Source: Mytilus trossulus | Lineage: Eukaryota | Reading direction: 5' to 3' | Length of the DNA: 64,000 bases | Assembly: GCF_036588685.1 (NCBI RefSeq) | Contig: NC_086382.1 | Span: forward strand, 24,614,001-24,678,000 | Shown: positions 52,954 to 64,000 of the stretch, piece after piece | Layout of the letters: the number at the start of each line of letters is the position of its first letter | Numbering within the stretch: position 1 is the first letter of the stretch | Position numbers and translations under genes: made by a program | Notes under the pieces: model-generated | Databases searched by the model: none | Seen by the model: only the letters and a program-made list of their open reading frames with translations | What the model was told of the DNA's origin: nothing

Positions 52954-53065
52954 ACATCAATAGTTATGACTGTTTTCTTCCATAAGTACCTTACAGGATT
53001 TTTTTTATAGATAAACCAACCACAGTAATCTATGTTTTAAGTGAAAGCAGTTGTGATGGATCAAA
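52954..53065 (+). repeat. Local duplication containing a partial, splice-dead copy of HDAC8 exon 6
   Basis: 52954-53005 matches 52740-52790; 53006-53065 matches 52894-52953. Confidence 0.85.
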
Positions 53066-53286
53066 CCAAACACTTTTAAACATGTTAAATTGGTATTTGC
53101 TACTTCTCAAACAATCACAAATTACTTGAGAGTTAGTTGGCTCAGAATTAGTAAACTGTGTCTAGGTAGGGTGACAGGTCTAACTGTTTTCTCAAGAGCT
53201 TATATGTTAAAGAGAAATTCAGTGTGTCTTTCTGGTACACCTAAGCAGGGTATATTCATAATTCATGTTATTGTCCTAGATGTGAA

Positions 53287-53482
53287 TTCTACCTCAGGCA
53301 TAGATTACTTTAGCTGTATTTGGCAAAAATTTTAGGAATTTCGGTCCTCAATGCTCTTTAACTTTACTTTATTTGGCCTTTTAACTTTTTTGGATTCGAG
53401 CGTCACTGATGAGTCTTTTGTAGACAAAACATGCGTCTGGCGTTTATACAAAATTTAGTCCTGGAATCTATGATGAGTTTAT
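53287..53482 (+). mobile_element. Retrozyme fragment in HDAC8 intron 6, hammerhead with GAAA->AAAA
   Basis: gagcgtca CTGATGA gtct tttgt agac AAAA catgcgtc tggcgt; flanks match 40080-40270. Confidence 0.85.
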
Positions 53483-53647
53483 TTATATATATATATTTGA
53501 AGCTGAACATTAAGCAGTCATTGATTATCTTTTCTGTTGAGGTTCAAATAATATGTTCAGTTCATGAATGAGATCTGCAGTGGTTTTCTGTATGATTTTC
53601 TTGTTATTTGTAAGTTATTGATTAGATTGGATGACTATATTTTGTAG

Positions 53648-53756
53648 GAACAGGAAGTTTGGATGACATTGGAATAGGTAAAGGTCAATACTATACTGTC
53701 AATGTTCCATTGTTGGATGGCATTAAAGATACAGAGTTTACTCCATTAGTTTGTAG
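53648..53756 (+). CDS. HDAC8: HDAC8 coding exon 7 ([27 protein letters not shown]...)
   Basis: AG/GT bounded, 109 nt. Confidence 0.97.
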
Positions 53757-53954
53757 GTATGGCAAATATACCTAAAGAAAAACATGAATGGTTTTAAATT
53801 AAATACAGTATTGAAAAAAAATACAGTTATTCATGTTTAACTATATTTTGATTATCATTTTTATTCATTATCATCTTTGAAGGTTTTGTAGATGGCCAAA
53901 ATGTCAACACTTTTTCAACAAAGACTACCTTTATTTTACATTTTCTAGTGGGTG

Positions 53955-54525
53955 TATTATTAGTTACCTAATACGGTATGTATGGGGTCAGTAAATCCCA
54001 TATGGGATCAGAGCGAAGTGATACTGACCCCATATATACTGTATTACGTCACTAGCACACTATGTAACAAATTTATCTTACCGTCTATTTTAACGTGTGA
54101 AATTTAGACTAGTGACTTATCAAAATGTGCAAGTCTTCAATACTGTTAGCATTAAGAAACTTCCTATATTGATCGTACAAAAACAGATGCCACAATAACA
54201 ACTTGTTAACTTTAAATGTATTTTATGAATTTATTTCAATCTTAATCATCAATTTCCTCATCTGTTGAAACCTTTAAGATTTTTTCTCAGTACTGTTGTG
54301 TTTTTATAAAGGGATGTAACACCACTACTAACCGTGTATGAAATAAGCCCCTCCTCCCTCCTTACCTAATATGGAATATAAAAGGACGTAACACCACTAC
54401 TAACCGTTTATGAAATAAGCCCTACCTCCCTACCATTGCCTACTAACCGTATATGAAATATACACGGTTTCCAAGCAGAAGCTTTTAACCAATCATATTC
54501 CTAGAAATGTATAGGAGGTAAGATA
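53955..54525. mobile_element. Non-autonomous element with terminal hairpin and internal repeats
   Basis: taatacggtatgtatggggtcagta / tactgaccccatatatactgtatta inverted pair; aaccaatca near the other end. Confidence 0.5.
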
Positions 54526-55294
54526 ATTTGAGATATATGGTAAATATGTAAATATAATTTTAATATGACGTGCTTCTTTTGCTTTATGAATATGTTATCA
54601 GTAAACCAATGCCATGAATGCTCTAAATCCAATATTACTTTTTTTGCACATTCATATATTGACTTCTGCAGAATCATGAATTTTATCAAATTGGCATGCA
54701 TTTATTAACTTAAAACACTTCTCAACTCATAAATGATGCACATGTTGTTACTAATTCATTTATTATGACTTTCATGACTGTAATGTGTTGCATTCTGAAA
54801 TTGACATATTTGACCTAAGTAAGACCATCATTCATGTTGGATTTTCAAAACTCCTTCCTCTGAAAAATCACAGTGCCAGCTGTTTGCCTTTTTACAAACA
54901 AAAAGTGGAGGTTCATGGGTTCATGGAAGAGCCTACACAATTGCTTAACCCTTCTACACATAGGACATCTAGATATCCTTAATTGTCCTAATCAGAATTG
55001 AAATAATTGATGCAAGCTATCGCTCGGGCAAAAATAATCACAAATTTAATGCATACCCATGTTGAAACTGCAATAAAGTATAGCTTGCATCAATTATTTC
55101 TTAAATAGAGGAGATGTTGTTTATACATCAACAACACGGCAACCCAACACAAAATTTATATGACAGAAAAGTGTTCAAAATTAATTTCTATCAATAGTTC
55201 AATAAAGGAATAGAAATATTCATGCAGATTTATTAATCTCTTTGGTAAAGAAAATGTATGTTTTTTTTACAATAAGATGTTTTTTACATTTCAG

Positions 55295-55467
55295 AATTCT
55301 GAATAAGGTGAAAGAAACATTCCGTCCTGAGGTTGTCGTCTGCCAATGTGGAGCAGACGGATTAGCTGGTGATCCAATGGAATCATTTAATTTAACACAC
55401 AAAGGACTGGGAAAGTGTCTGTACTTCCTTTTACAGTGGAATCTTCCAACATTGGTTTTAGGGGGAG
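55295..55467 (+). CDS. HDAC8: HDAC8 coding exon 8 (ILNKVKETFRP...GADGLAGDPM...LVLGG)
   Basis: Third Zn-ligand Asp (GAD); DPM Met typical of HDAC8; 173 nt. Confidence 0.96.
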
Positions 55468-55724
55468 GTATGTACTTCCTGTTACAGTGGAATCTTCCAA
55501 CATTGGTTTTAGGGGAGGTATGTACTTCCTGTTACAGTGGAATCTTCCAACATTGGTTTTAGGGGGAGGTATGTACTTCCTGTTACAGTGGAATCTTCCA
55601 ACATTGGTTTTAGGGGGAGGTATGTACTTCCTGTTACAGTGGAATCTTCCAACATTGGTTTTAGGGGAGGTATGTACTTTTGTTACATTGGAATCATTCA
55701 ACATTAGTTGTAGGGGAAGGTAAA
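55420..55724 (+). repeat. 50/51-bp tandem repeat (6 units) spanning the exon 8 3' end and donor
   Basis: Unit tgtacttcctgttacagtggaatcttccaacattggttttagg(g)ggaggta. Confidence 0.95.
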
Positions 55725-56997
55725 TACTATTTGAATGTTGTACATGTACAGTTGCCCATTTTTTCAAATGACAAATTATTATATAAAAGTATTATTGCAA
55801 AATTGAAACAACAAAGGTAACCAGCAAGATGAATAGTTAAACAGTATATGACTTTTTTTCAATAACATTTCAAACAAAACAGTTGATATAGAAATGCTGC
55901 CAGCAGATATTTTTTTTGTGTCAGAGACCATGGAGACAGAATAGAATAATTTTTAATCAATGTTTATTAAATTATCATTTCGGATTTAGAAAATTTCAAG
56001 TTATTGCAGATTCTTAAATTCTTGTTAAATAAAGAATTTTGAATGTAATACATGTAGTAGTACATACTTTACAAAAATTAGATAATTATAATGAAACATT
56101 TTAATTTTTGAGCAAGTATATTTCTAAGATAGCAGTCCAAGTTAATAGATATTGGTCTAAATGAGGATAAAGGCTAAAGGAAAACTATTTAGTCTGTAGT
56201 CTGATATCTAGTATTTGTGTTGAATTTTTTTCTGATATTTGTTATCTTTGTTTTATCCATTTATATATAATTAGTGGCCATTAAAAATTTTGCCTGCTAA
56301 TTTCTACTTTTCTTTTTATTGTTTTATTGCATGTAGTTTAAAAAGATATTCTTTAAATCTTACAAAATCCTTGTTTTCTTCTTAGTTTTAGAAAAATGAA
56401 AAAATCTAGATAGAATCATTTTTGTCAAATTTTTAAGTGAATATATATCAATTTTTACCATACATTTTGTAGTAAAAACAGTAGTTCTGAATATTTGATA
56501 AATAGCCTGCTGTTTAATCCATATTGCACAACTTTGATGCATACCATTTATCATTCCCTTTATCACATCCTTTATCACAAACGTACTCATTTTTATTTTT
56601 TTATACATGAACTTGTTTTAATTTATGCGAGCCTCTTCAGAATTTTTGTCCCTCTAAATGGGTCCTAAATGAACAGTCATTCGGGTGTGACAAAATTTAT
56701 TAAATGACGTCATTGTTTGGAATGTGACATCAAAAACGTTGAGTTTTCATATTTCTGACACATGATATGCAACTATAAAAAAGAACTCAATGAAATACCT
56801 AAAGGCCCTCTGGCTGATCAATATTGGTATCTCGGGATTATACGGCAAATGATAGGGATTTTGCCATGTATTCTTCTTTTACTTCCTTGTTAATTTGAAA
56901 CAGATCTATGAATACCCTTAAAGGATCAGTATGGTTGATTGTTAAAAAACAATACCTTATGTTTAGAGTGCACTCCATTTTTGTGATTTCACTTTAT

Positions 56998-57148
56998 TCC
57001 AATCTTAATTGACTAGGATTGTCAGTTTTCCTATCGAAGGTCTGTGGTTTTCTCTGGGGACTCTGGCTTCCTCCACCAATAAAAAATGGCCGCCATGCCT
57101 AAGTGCGGTGCTTAAAAGTGGTGATAAAATAACAAAAATCAAAATCAG
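56998..57148 (+). mobile_element. SINE 3' part with CORE-like segment
   Basis: ggttttctctggggactctggcttcctcc motif, aaaatc tail, match to the 19760-19810 SINE body. Confidence 0.65.
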
Positions 57149-57169
57149 CTTTATATGTTTATTTTTCAG

Positions 57170-57264
57170 GTGGATACAATTTAAGCAATACAGCCAGATG
57201 TTGGGCATTTCTTACAGCTTTAGCCACAGGGAAACAAATACCTACAGAGATTCCTGATCATGAG
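57170..57264 (+). CDS. HDAC8: HDAC8 coding exon 9 (GGYNLSNTARCWAFLT...EIPDHE)
   Basis: Catalytic Tyr in GGGGY; 95 nt. Confidence 0.97.
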
Positions 57265-57323
57265 GTATGACAAACATTTTGATAACCCATTACAAACAGC
57301 GCTGAATCATAGATTTGCACTTT

Positions 57324-60030
57324 TTAGCTCACCTGGTCCAAAGGGTCAAGTGAGCTTTTCTCATCACTTTGCGTCCTGTTTCTGTCATCTGTCGTTGTCG
57401 TCCGTCGTTAGCTTTTACAAAATCTTCTCCTCTGAAACTACTGGGCCAAATTAAACCAAACTTGGCCACAATCATCATTTGGGTATCTAGTTTAAAAAAT
57501 GTGTGGCGTTACCTGGCCAACCAACCAAGATGGCCGCCATGGCTAAAAATAGAACAGGTCAACATCTATCTGCCCTGAAATTTTCAGATGAATCAGACAA
57601 TCCGTTGTTTGTTTGCTGCCCCTGAATTGGAAATTTTTAAAGAAATTTTACTGTTTTTGGTTATTATCTTGAATATTATTATTGATAGAGATAAACTGTA
57701 AACAGTTATAATGTTCAGCAAAGTAAGATCTACAAATAAGTAAATATGACTTAAATGGTTATATTAGTTGACCCCTTATGGGTTATTGCCCTTTATAGTC
57801 ATTTTTTACCGATTTTTCCTAACTTTTTCTAATCTTTTTACAAAAATCTTCTTCTCTAAAACTACTGGTCCAATTTTAACCATACTTGGCCATAATCATT
57901 ATTGAGGTATTTAGTTTCAAAATGTGGCGGTAACCCTGCCAACCAACCAAGTTGGCCAACATGGCTAAAAATAGAACATAGGTGTAAAATGTAGATTTTG
58001 GCTTATAACTCAGAAACCAAAACATTAAAAGCAATTCAGACATGGAGTTAATTTGTTTTGCAAGTCAAGATCTATCTGCCCATAAATTTTCTGATGAATC
58101 TGACAACTGGTTGTTGGGTTGCTGCACCTAAATTGGCAATTTTAAAGGAAATTAAACCGTTTTTTGGCTATTATCTTGAATATTTTTATAGATAGAGATA
58201 AACTGTAAACAGCAATAATGTTCAGCAAAGTAAGATCTACATATAAGTAACTATGACTAAAATGGTCAGTTGACCCCTTAAGGAGTTATGGCCCTTTATA
58301 GTAATTTTTTACCAATTTTTCCTAATTTTTTCTAATCTTTTACAAAAATCTTCTTCTCTAAAACTACTGGTCCAAATTTAACCATACTTGGCCATAATCA
58401 TTATTGAAGTATTTACTTTAAAAAAATGTGGCGGTGACCCTGCCAACCAACCAAGTTGGCTAAAAATAGAACATAGGTGTAAAATTCAGATTTTGGCTTA
58501 TAACTCAGAAACCAAAGCATGAAGAGCAATTCAGACAGGAGTTTAATTGTTTTGCAAGTCAAGATCTATCTGCCCTGAAATTTTCAGATGAATCTGACAA
58601 TTGGTTGTTGGGTTGCTGCCCCTGAACTGGAAATATTTAAGGAAATTTTACTGATTTTGGTTATTATCTTGAATATTATTATAGATGGAGATAAACTGTG
58701 AACAGCAATAATGTTCAGCAAAGTAAGATCCACAAATAAGTCAACATGACCAAAAAGGTCAGTTGATCCCTTAATGAGATATTGCCCTTTACAGTAAATT
58801 TTTAATAATTTTGTAAATTTTTGTAAATTTTAACAAAATATTTTCCTCTGTAACTAAGGCCAGGATTTTTTTATTTGTTGGTTTACGGATGCGCTGACCC
58901 GATTTTGCCGGTTCCTAGAATAAAAATAAAATTGATTTTTCATGCTTTTTTATTCCCGCCGACCCAAACAAATACATTATCCCTGATAAATAATTAAATT
59001 CTTCTTTTTTTATGAAATGAAATGCATGAATCACTAACAAAATTGATAACACTCTCTGTTGTGAAAAAATAAAACTTCCAGTTAAAGTTTCTAAAAATAG
59101 ACAAATTACACAAATAATTTTGCGGAACGAATTCTGTGTTTAAAACCAATTTCACAATAAGTTTGTTTCCCTTATTTGTCATCAGTCTGTAAGATGCATA
59201 ATCTCATAGAAATAGACTTGTCCAAATGTGGACAGGTGGAAAGCACCTTGGAAGTAAAAGTTCTGAATACCAACAAGTCATTTAGAATTTTCTTGTTTCA
59301 TGGATAATAAAAAAAAAAAATATCATCCATTTGGATAAAAAACGGGAATGCATGACACCAGATTAACCTGACATTCTCGTTTTTTCCGTGGACAAGTCTA
59401 TTACCTTTTTGACACGTTTGTTGAAACTTATTTTGGTATGATGTTTTTTACATGCTTTTCTTTATCAGTTTTCGTTTTTAAAGATCATTACTCACCAAGT
59501 TTTCTGGAATTGATTAAGAACTATGCGAATTTGTTTTTCTTGTTTGTGAAATGACGATTTAATTTTTTCGTCTTTGTCTATGAACACCCCCTTTTTTACG
59601 ACTAATCATTAGACAATGTCATGTAATATTTATGACAGCTGAGCAAGAATATTTCATTGAACTTAAATTTGAAATGATGACAATATAGCATAAAAAACGT
59701 TTTGTTAGAAAGGTGAAATGTATAATTATTTTGCATTTTTTTTCTGTCTTGAAAGATATTTTTTTTTCTTTTTTTTCCTGAACGACCGACCCGACTTTTT
59801 CATGGGGAAAATCCGTAAACCAACAAATTAAAAAAACGTGGCCTAATGGACTAAGTTCGTTATAAATTTAGATAATTGTAAGAAGCAAGAATGTTCAGTA
59901 AAGTAAAATCTACAAACACATCACTACATCACTATCACCAAAACACAATTTTGTCATGAATCCATCTGTGTCCTTTGTTAAATATGCACATAGACCAAGG
60001 TGAGCGACACAGGCTCTTGATAGCCTCTAG
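57324..60030 (+). mobile_element. Helentron non-autonomous element (HINE) with ~500-bp internal tandem units
   Basis: T-run insertion site, 5' agctcacct with nearby gtgagct, gtc microsatellite, 3' aggtgagc plus hairpin aggct...agcct then tttt. Confidence 0.8.
58858..59843. mobile_element. PIF/Harbinger-type MITE nested in the HINE
   Basis: ~32-bp TIR ggcca...atttgttggtttacggat; TAA TSD at 58855-58857 and 59844-59846. Confidence 0.82.
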
Positions 60031-60804
60031 TTTTATTGTAGACTATTTTTATAATGTAATTTTTATACCAAATTTGTAAACAACATATTTAACCTTTATT
60101 CTAAAGCTAGAGACTAAAGTGTTGAAAGCTAGATATTTAAGAATTGGGAGTGCTCAAACCTAAAAATGCATCGAAATGACCACTAAATCTATCCAAGTTT
60201 GACAACTAGTAGCACAAAAATTTATATCTTGCTTGAATTTCTTCATTTGACAGATGCATAATTAAACCTTAGCTGGCAATTTAAGAAATATCTGTTAACT
60301 CATACATGTCATAGCTAGCTTCGCTCTGCAACGCTAGCTAAACTCAATTTGCGACAGTAAAATCTACATTTTACAAATGCCAAGCTTAAATTACAATACA
60401 GTTATCCCTAAATGTACAAGTTACAGATAAAAGAACTAATATGCACTAAATCATGCATGCATATGTATATAATATGAATAATCAAAAGGAGAACTGTGTT
60501 TTCATACCTGCTAAAGCATAGACAAAAACTGAAGATTCAGAAATAAACAAAAGTGACAATAAAAGACAATACTCACCACACCAACAAATAAAAACACAAT
60601 TACACAATATCTTTGATTTGAAAAGCAAAATAAGTCATTAAAAATGTTAAAAGTTGAATATTACAACTTTTGGTAATTGTTTAAAAAATTCTTCTGCCAA
60701 AAAATAAAATGTTATAAAATGCATGATAATTGTGACATTTGACATTTAGTATTGACTTTCGGCACAGACTTATAGTAATGATTTTAATTATCACCATATT
60801 TCAG

Positions 60805-60910
60805 TATTTTATTGAGTATGGACCTGATTATGAGTTGGAAGTTTATCCTGGAAACAGAAAGAATCACAACACAGCACACTATCTGAGACAGGTCTATGGA
60901 GCCGTTTTGA
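60805..60910 (+). CDS. HDAC8: HDAC8 coding exon 10 (YFIEYGPDYELEVYPGNRKNHN...)
   Basis: YGPDY motif; AG/GT bounded, 106 nt. Confidence 0.96.
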
Positions 60911-61244
60911 GTAAGTATATTTGACATTCATTGGCTTTAAATAATATTTACTACCATGACTACCAACATAATTTTTAGGCTAGTTATATATTTAAAAAAA
61001 TTTTTTTTTAGCACCTTTATTAGTCTTTTCAATTTATACCATTTGTTTCGTGACTGTAAGTCATGACATTTTGATGCAGGGATATTTTGGCAGTTTTTCC
61101 ACCCCTGCGACAAAAGTACTAGAATGCAAGACAAAATGACTACAATTTGGTATGGACACCATAAACTCTTTGTACATTCTATGTTAATGTTTCATTGTTT
61201 AGTCCATATCTCAGATACTAAAAACATTGTCTAACTAACTTACT

Positions 61245-61375
61245 ATATGCGGTATGGGCTTTGCCCATTGTTGAAGGCTGTACGGTGACCTATAATTATT
61301 AATGTTTGTGTCGTTTTGGTCTTTTGTGGATAGTTGTCTCATTGGCAATCATACCACATCTTCTTTTTTTTTATA
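61245..61375 (+). repeat. Family B-related subfamily copy
   Basis: Matches 50490-50615. Confidence 0.8.
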
Positions 61376-62043
61376 TTACTTCATTTATAGAATGATTGAA
61401 AAAGTTGAACATGCATTTGACTGACAGGTTTCATTTGACCTTCAATCGACATTGACCTTCTTTTCATTAAACATTGCATTGGAAATAATGTCAAGTTTAT
61501 CTGATACATATGTCAGTACCTTTACCAAACTGATTATAATGTATGAATTTTATCCTAAGGGACTTTGACAGTCAATTTTCACAGACATTACAGTTGTACT
61601 GTATACATTTATAACCATTGGAATGCATATTATCGCTATTTTGTGCATTTTCATTTAATTTTTTTGTGACAATTTTCATATCATGCTCCTCGCTTGAGAT
61701 GGAAAAATTATCGCTAGAAACTAAGCAGGCACGTGGCATTGCTAACGAAATTGACATGAAAATGACAATGTCTTCATAGGTAAAATAGCCATAAACATTA
61801 TCATTGGTCATCTCAACTTGATTGCCTTTCTGGCTTTCGCCAACCCAGCTCAAGCGAGAAAATCAATCTTGTTGAGATGATCAACAATAATCTATAATTA
61901 CATATTTGATATGTTGATTATTTATACCATCAGTATATATGGTTATTATTTTTAACATAAGAAAATATGTTTATTATAAAATACCACTAAAAACTTTTGT
62001 TAAATTTGTAAAAATATAAGCTATATTTTTATTTTTTTTGCAG

Positions 62044-62078
62044 ATAATATCAGCAAGATCTGTACTGAAAAGTGTTAG
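62044..62078 (+). CDS. HDAC8: HDAC8 coding exon 11 (NISKICTEKC*)
   Basis: Strong acceptor (T)n-gcag, phase-compatible, resembles the HDAC8 end NLKHVV; TAG stop. Confidence 0.85.
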
Positions 62079-62148
62079 CTGTTGCATAGTGAAACAAAAC
62101 ATATGACATTGGCAATGAAATAACGAATATTATGCAATATTTCTCAGG

Positions 62149-62154
62149 AATAAA
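62149..62154 (+). terminator. Candidate polyadenylation signal of HDAC8
   Basis: AATAAA ~70 nt after the stop, followed by a T/GT-rich tract. Confidence 0.45.
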
Positions 62155-62582
62155 CATTTCATTGTTGATTACCTAATTGTGCCATGTTAACAATTTTATT
62201 GACTTTTCAATTGTTACTTTATTTATAATTTTTATTACCATATAAAGTTATAGAATAGTAAAACATTGTTGTACTTTGCCTCAATCTATCCTCATATTAT
62301 TAACATTCTTTTTGATGGATTCATGATGATTTTAATGAGCACTTTGAAGCCTTCATTTTCACTTATTTTCTCATCTCTTATGCAGTATCTTTATTGTAAC
62401 CTGTAAATCTGGTAGATGAAATCATTCTAAACATAAAAAACAGCTACTGTGACGAGACATTTTAATCTAAAGATAATGAAGAAAACTGTGATCAATATGG
62501 GAGCGTGTAAGATAAAAAAAAATTGTCACAGTAGCTGCTATTTGTGCCTAGTATGATGTCATGTACTAGATTTATATGAAAT

Positions 62583-62836
62583 AAAATTAAGAATGGAAAT
62601 GTGTCAAAGAGACAACAACCTGACCATAAGAACAAACAACAGCAGAAGATCACCAACAGGTCTTCAATGCAGCGAAAAATTTCCGCACCCAGGGTCATCC
62701 TTCAGCTGGCCCCAAACAAATATATATACTGGTTCAGTGATAAAGAATGCCATACTAAACTCCAAATTGTATACAAGAAACTGAAATTAAAAATAATACA
62801 AGACGAACAAAGACCACAAGTTCAGCTTTGGACATT
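62583..62836 (-). repeat. Family A copy
   Basis: Reverse-complement similarity to 3700-3953. Confidence 0.8.
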
Positions 62837-64000
62837 GAGAATTTGATTTATCACACTGTAGACAATAGTGGTGTGCTCTATCCGTCGAAAACATACATTT
62901 AAGTCTTACATGCAGGGGGTAAAAAACAGTCAATCATAAACTAAACCACTTATATTTAGGATGTGCCATTTCCATTTCCAATTTATATTTAGTATGAATT
63001 TCAATGAAAGTATGCAAGTTACTTGACTTTCTTTGAAGTGATTGCTGCAATTTGTGTTAAAGAAATTTACGATTTTATAATAGATCTAATATCAACTTCA
63101 AACAGGGTTTAAGCAGTCCAAAACAACATTCATTTCTGTGGACAGATAATAAAACAAAGTTTGAACTTGCTGGTCTGTTAATAGAAACAACTCGAGTTAA
63201 AGTCACATTTTTCGGCAATAACTTGTGGGGCATTTGATTTTGCAGGAGTTAAACTCCATGCAAAACATTAAACAATACAAGTGTCTTTATGAAAACATTT
63301 ACCACATCTCATCATTGCACGATTTGCAAAATTTGATCAGTTGAATTAGAAAATTGTGATTTAAGAAATGTACAGGCCTTACAAAGCAGTGACGACGACT
63401 CCACTCTAGCATTACTGGAAAATCCTCTCAAGATTTTCATTGCAGAAATGATTGTTCTGCTTGACTGTAGATTATTAGTTGTGCAAATCTCAAACAGTCA
63501 GTAGATTTTTTTCCCTTAGTTAAAAAATCTTTCAGGTTAACTGGCAAATTTTCTTATGCATTACACAACACGAAACTGGAATCAATCACATATTCTTTAT
63601 CCACTACTTGATGATTATACCAGAGCACAAACAGAAATGTTATGTCCTATGATATAATTAATGTCTCAAAGAGTATTTATATTATTTGCATAATTTATAA
63701 CATTTATATAATTTGTTTATTGTCTAGACACCATGCATTAAGCTTTGCAGAGCCCTGATAATATTTATGTGTAGTGAACATACATGAGAAAAAATAGAGC
63801 TGTGACCAGATGGTCATTTCAACAATTGAGAATATTCAGATAATCTAGACTGAAATATTCAGTTTGTAGATCTAAAACCTTATTTGAATTCTGCAAATTT
63901 CACAAAGGATTGGTGAATAATTTAAACAGCTGAATTTAAAAAGTAAAAACTGTAGGACCTTTTTAAACTATTCAGAGTATCTGGTCCACTTCAATGTAAT

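Noticed and set aside
55387-55767. Repetitive ORFs on both strands
   Set aside because: Products of the exon-8 donor VNTR
63000-63630. Minus-strand Cys-containing coding-like fragments
   Set aside because: Interrupted by stops in all frames tried; no identifiable domain

Overview
AT-rich, intron-containing animal DNA whose repeat content looks like a bivalve, probably a Mytilus-like mussel (inference). Two protein-coding genes are supported, both on the + strand. (1) A single-coding-exon 353-aa protein (29273..30334) with an EVH1/WH1-like domain, a basic patch and a CRIB-like motif but no WASP VCA tail. (2) An 11-coding-exon HDAC8 (43941..62078, 734 aa by manual exon assembly) with all catalytic residues intact and an unusual ~365-aa acidic N-terminal extension. 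The rest is mostly non-autonomous mobile DNA: MITEs with TIRs/TSDs, Helentron-type (HINE) elements, SINE fragments, hairpin elements and minisatellites. Three hidden signals stand out. (a) A family of type I hammerhead ribozymes: one intact on the - strand at ~33822..33865, a complete retrozyme-like unit bounded by two hammerheads 365 nt apart at ~39836..40271, and core-mutated copies wherever they lie sense to a gene, including HDAC8 intron 6. (b) A ~51-bp VNTR that has multiplied the HDAC8 exon-8 5' splice site six times; only the first donor keeps the catalytic Tyr in frame. (c) A non-autonomous element with TAC...GTA ends and a 6-bp TSD (IS3EU-like). All coordinates were read by eye and repeat boundaries are approximate.
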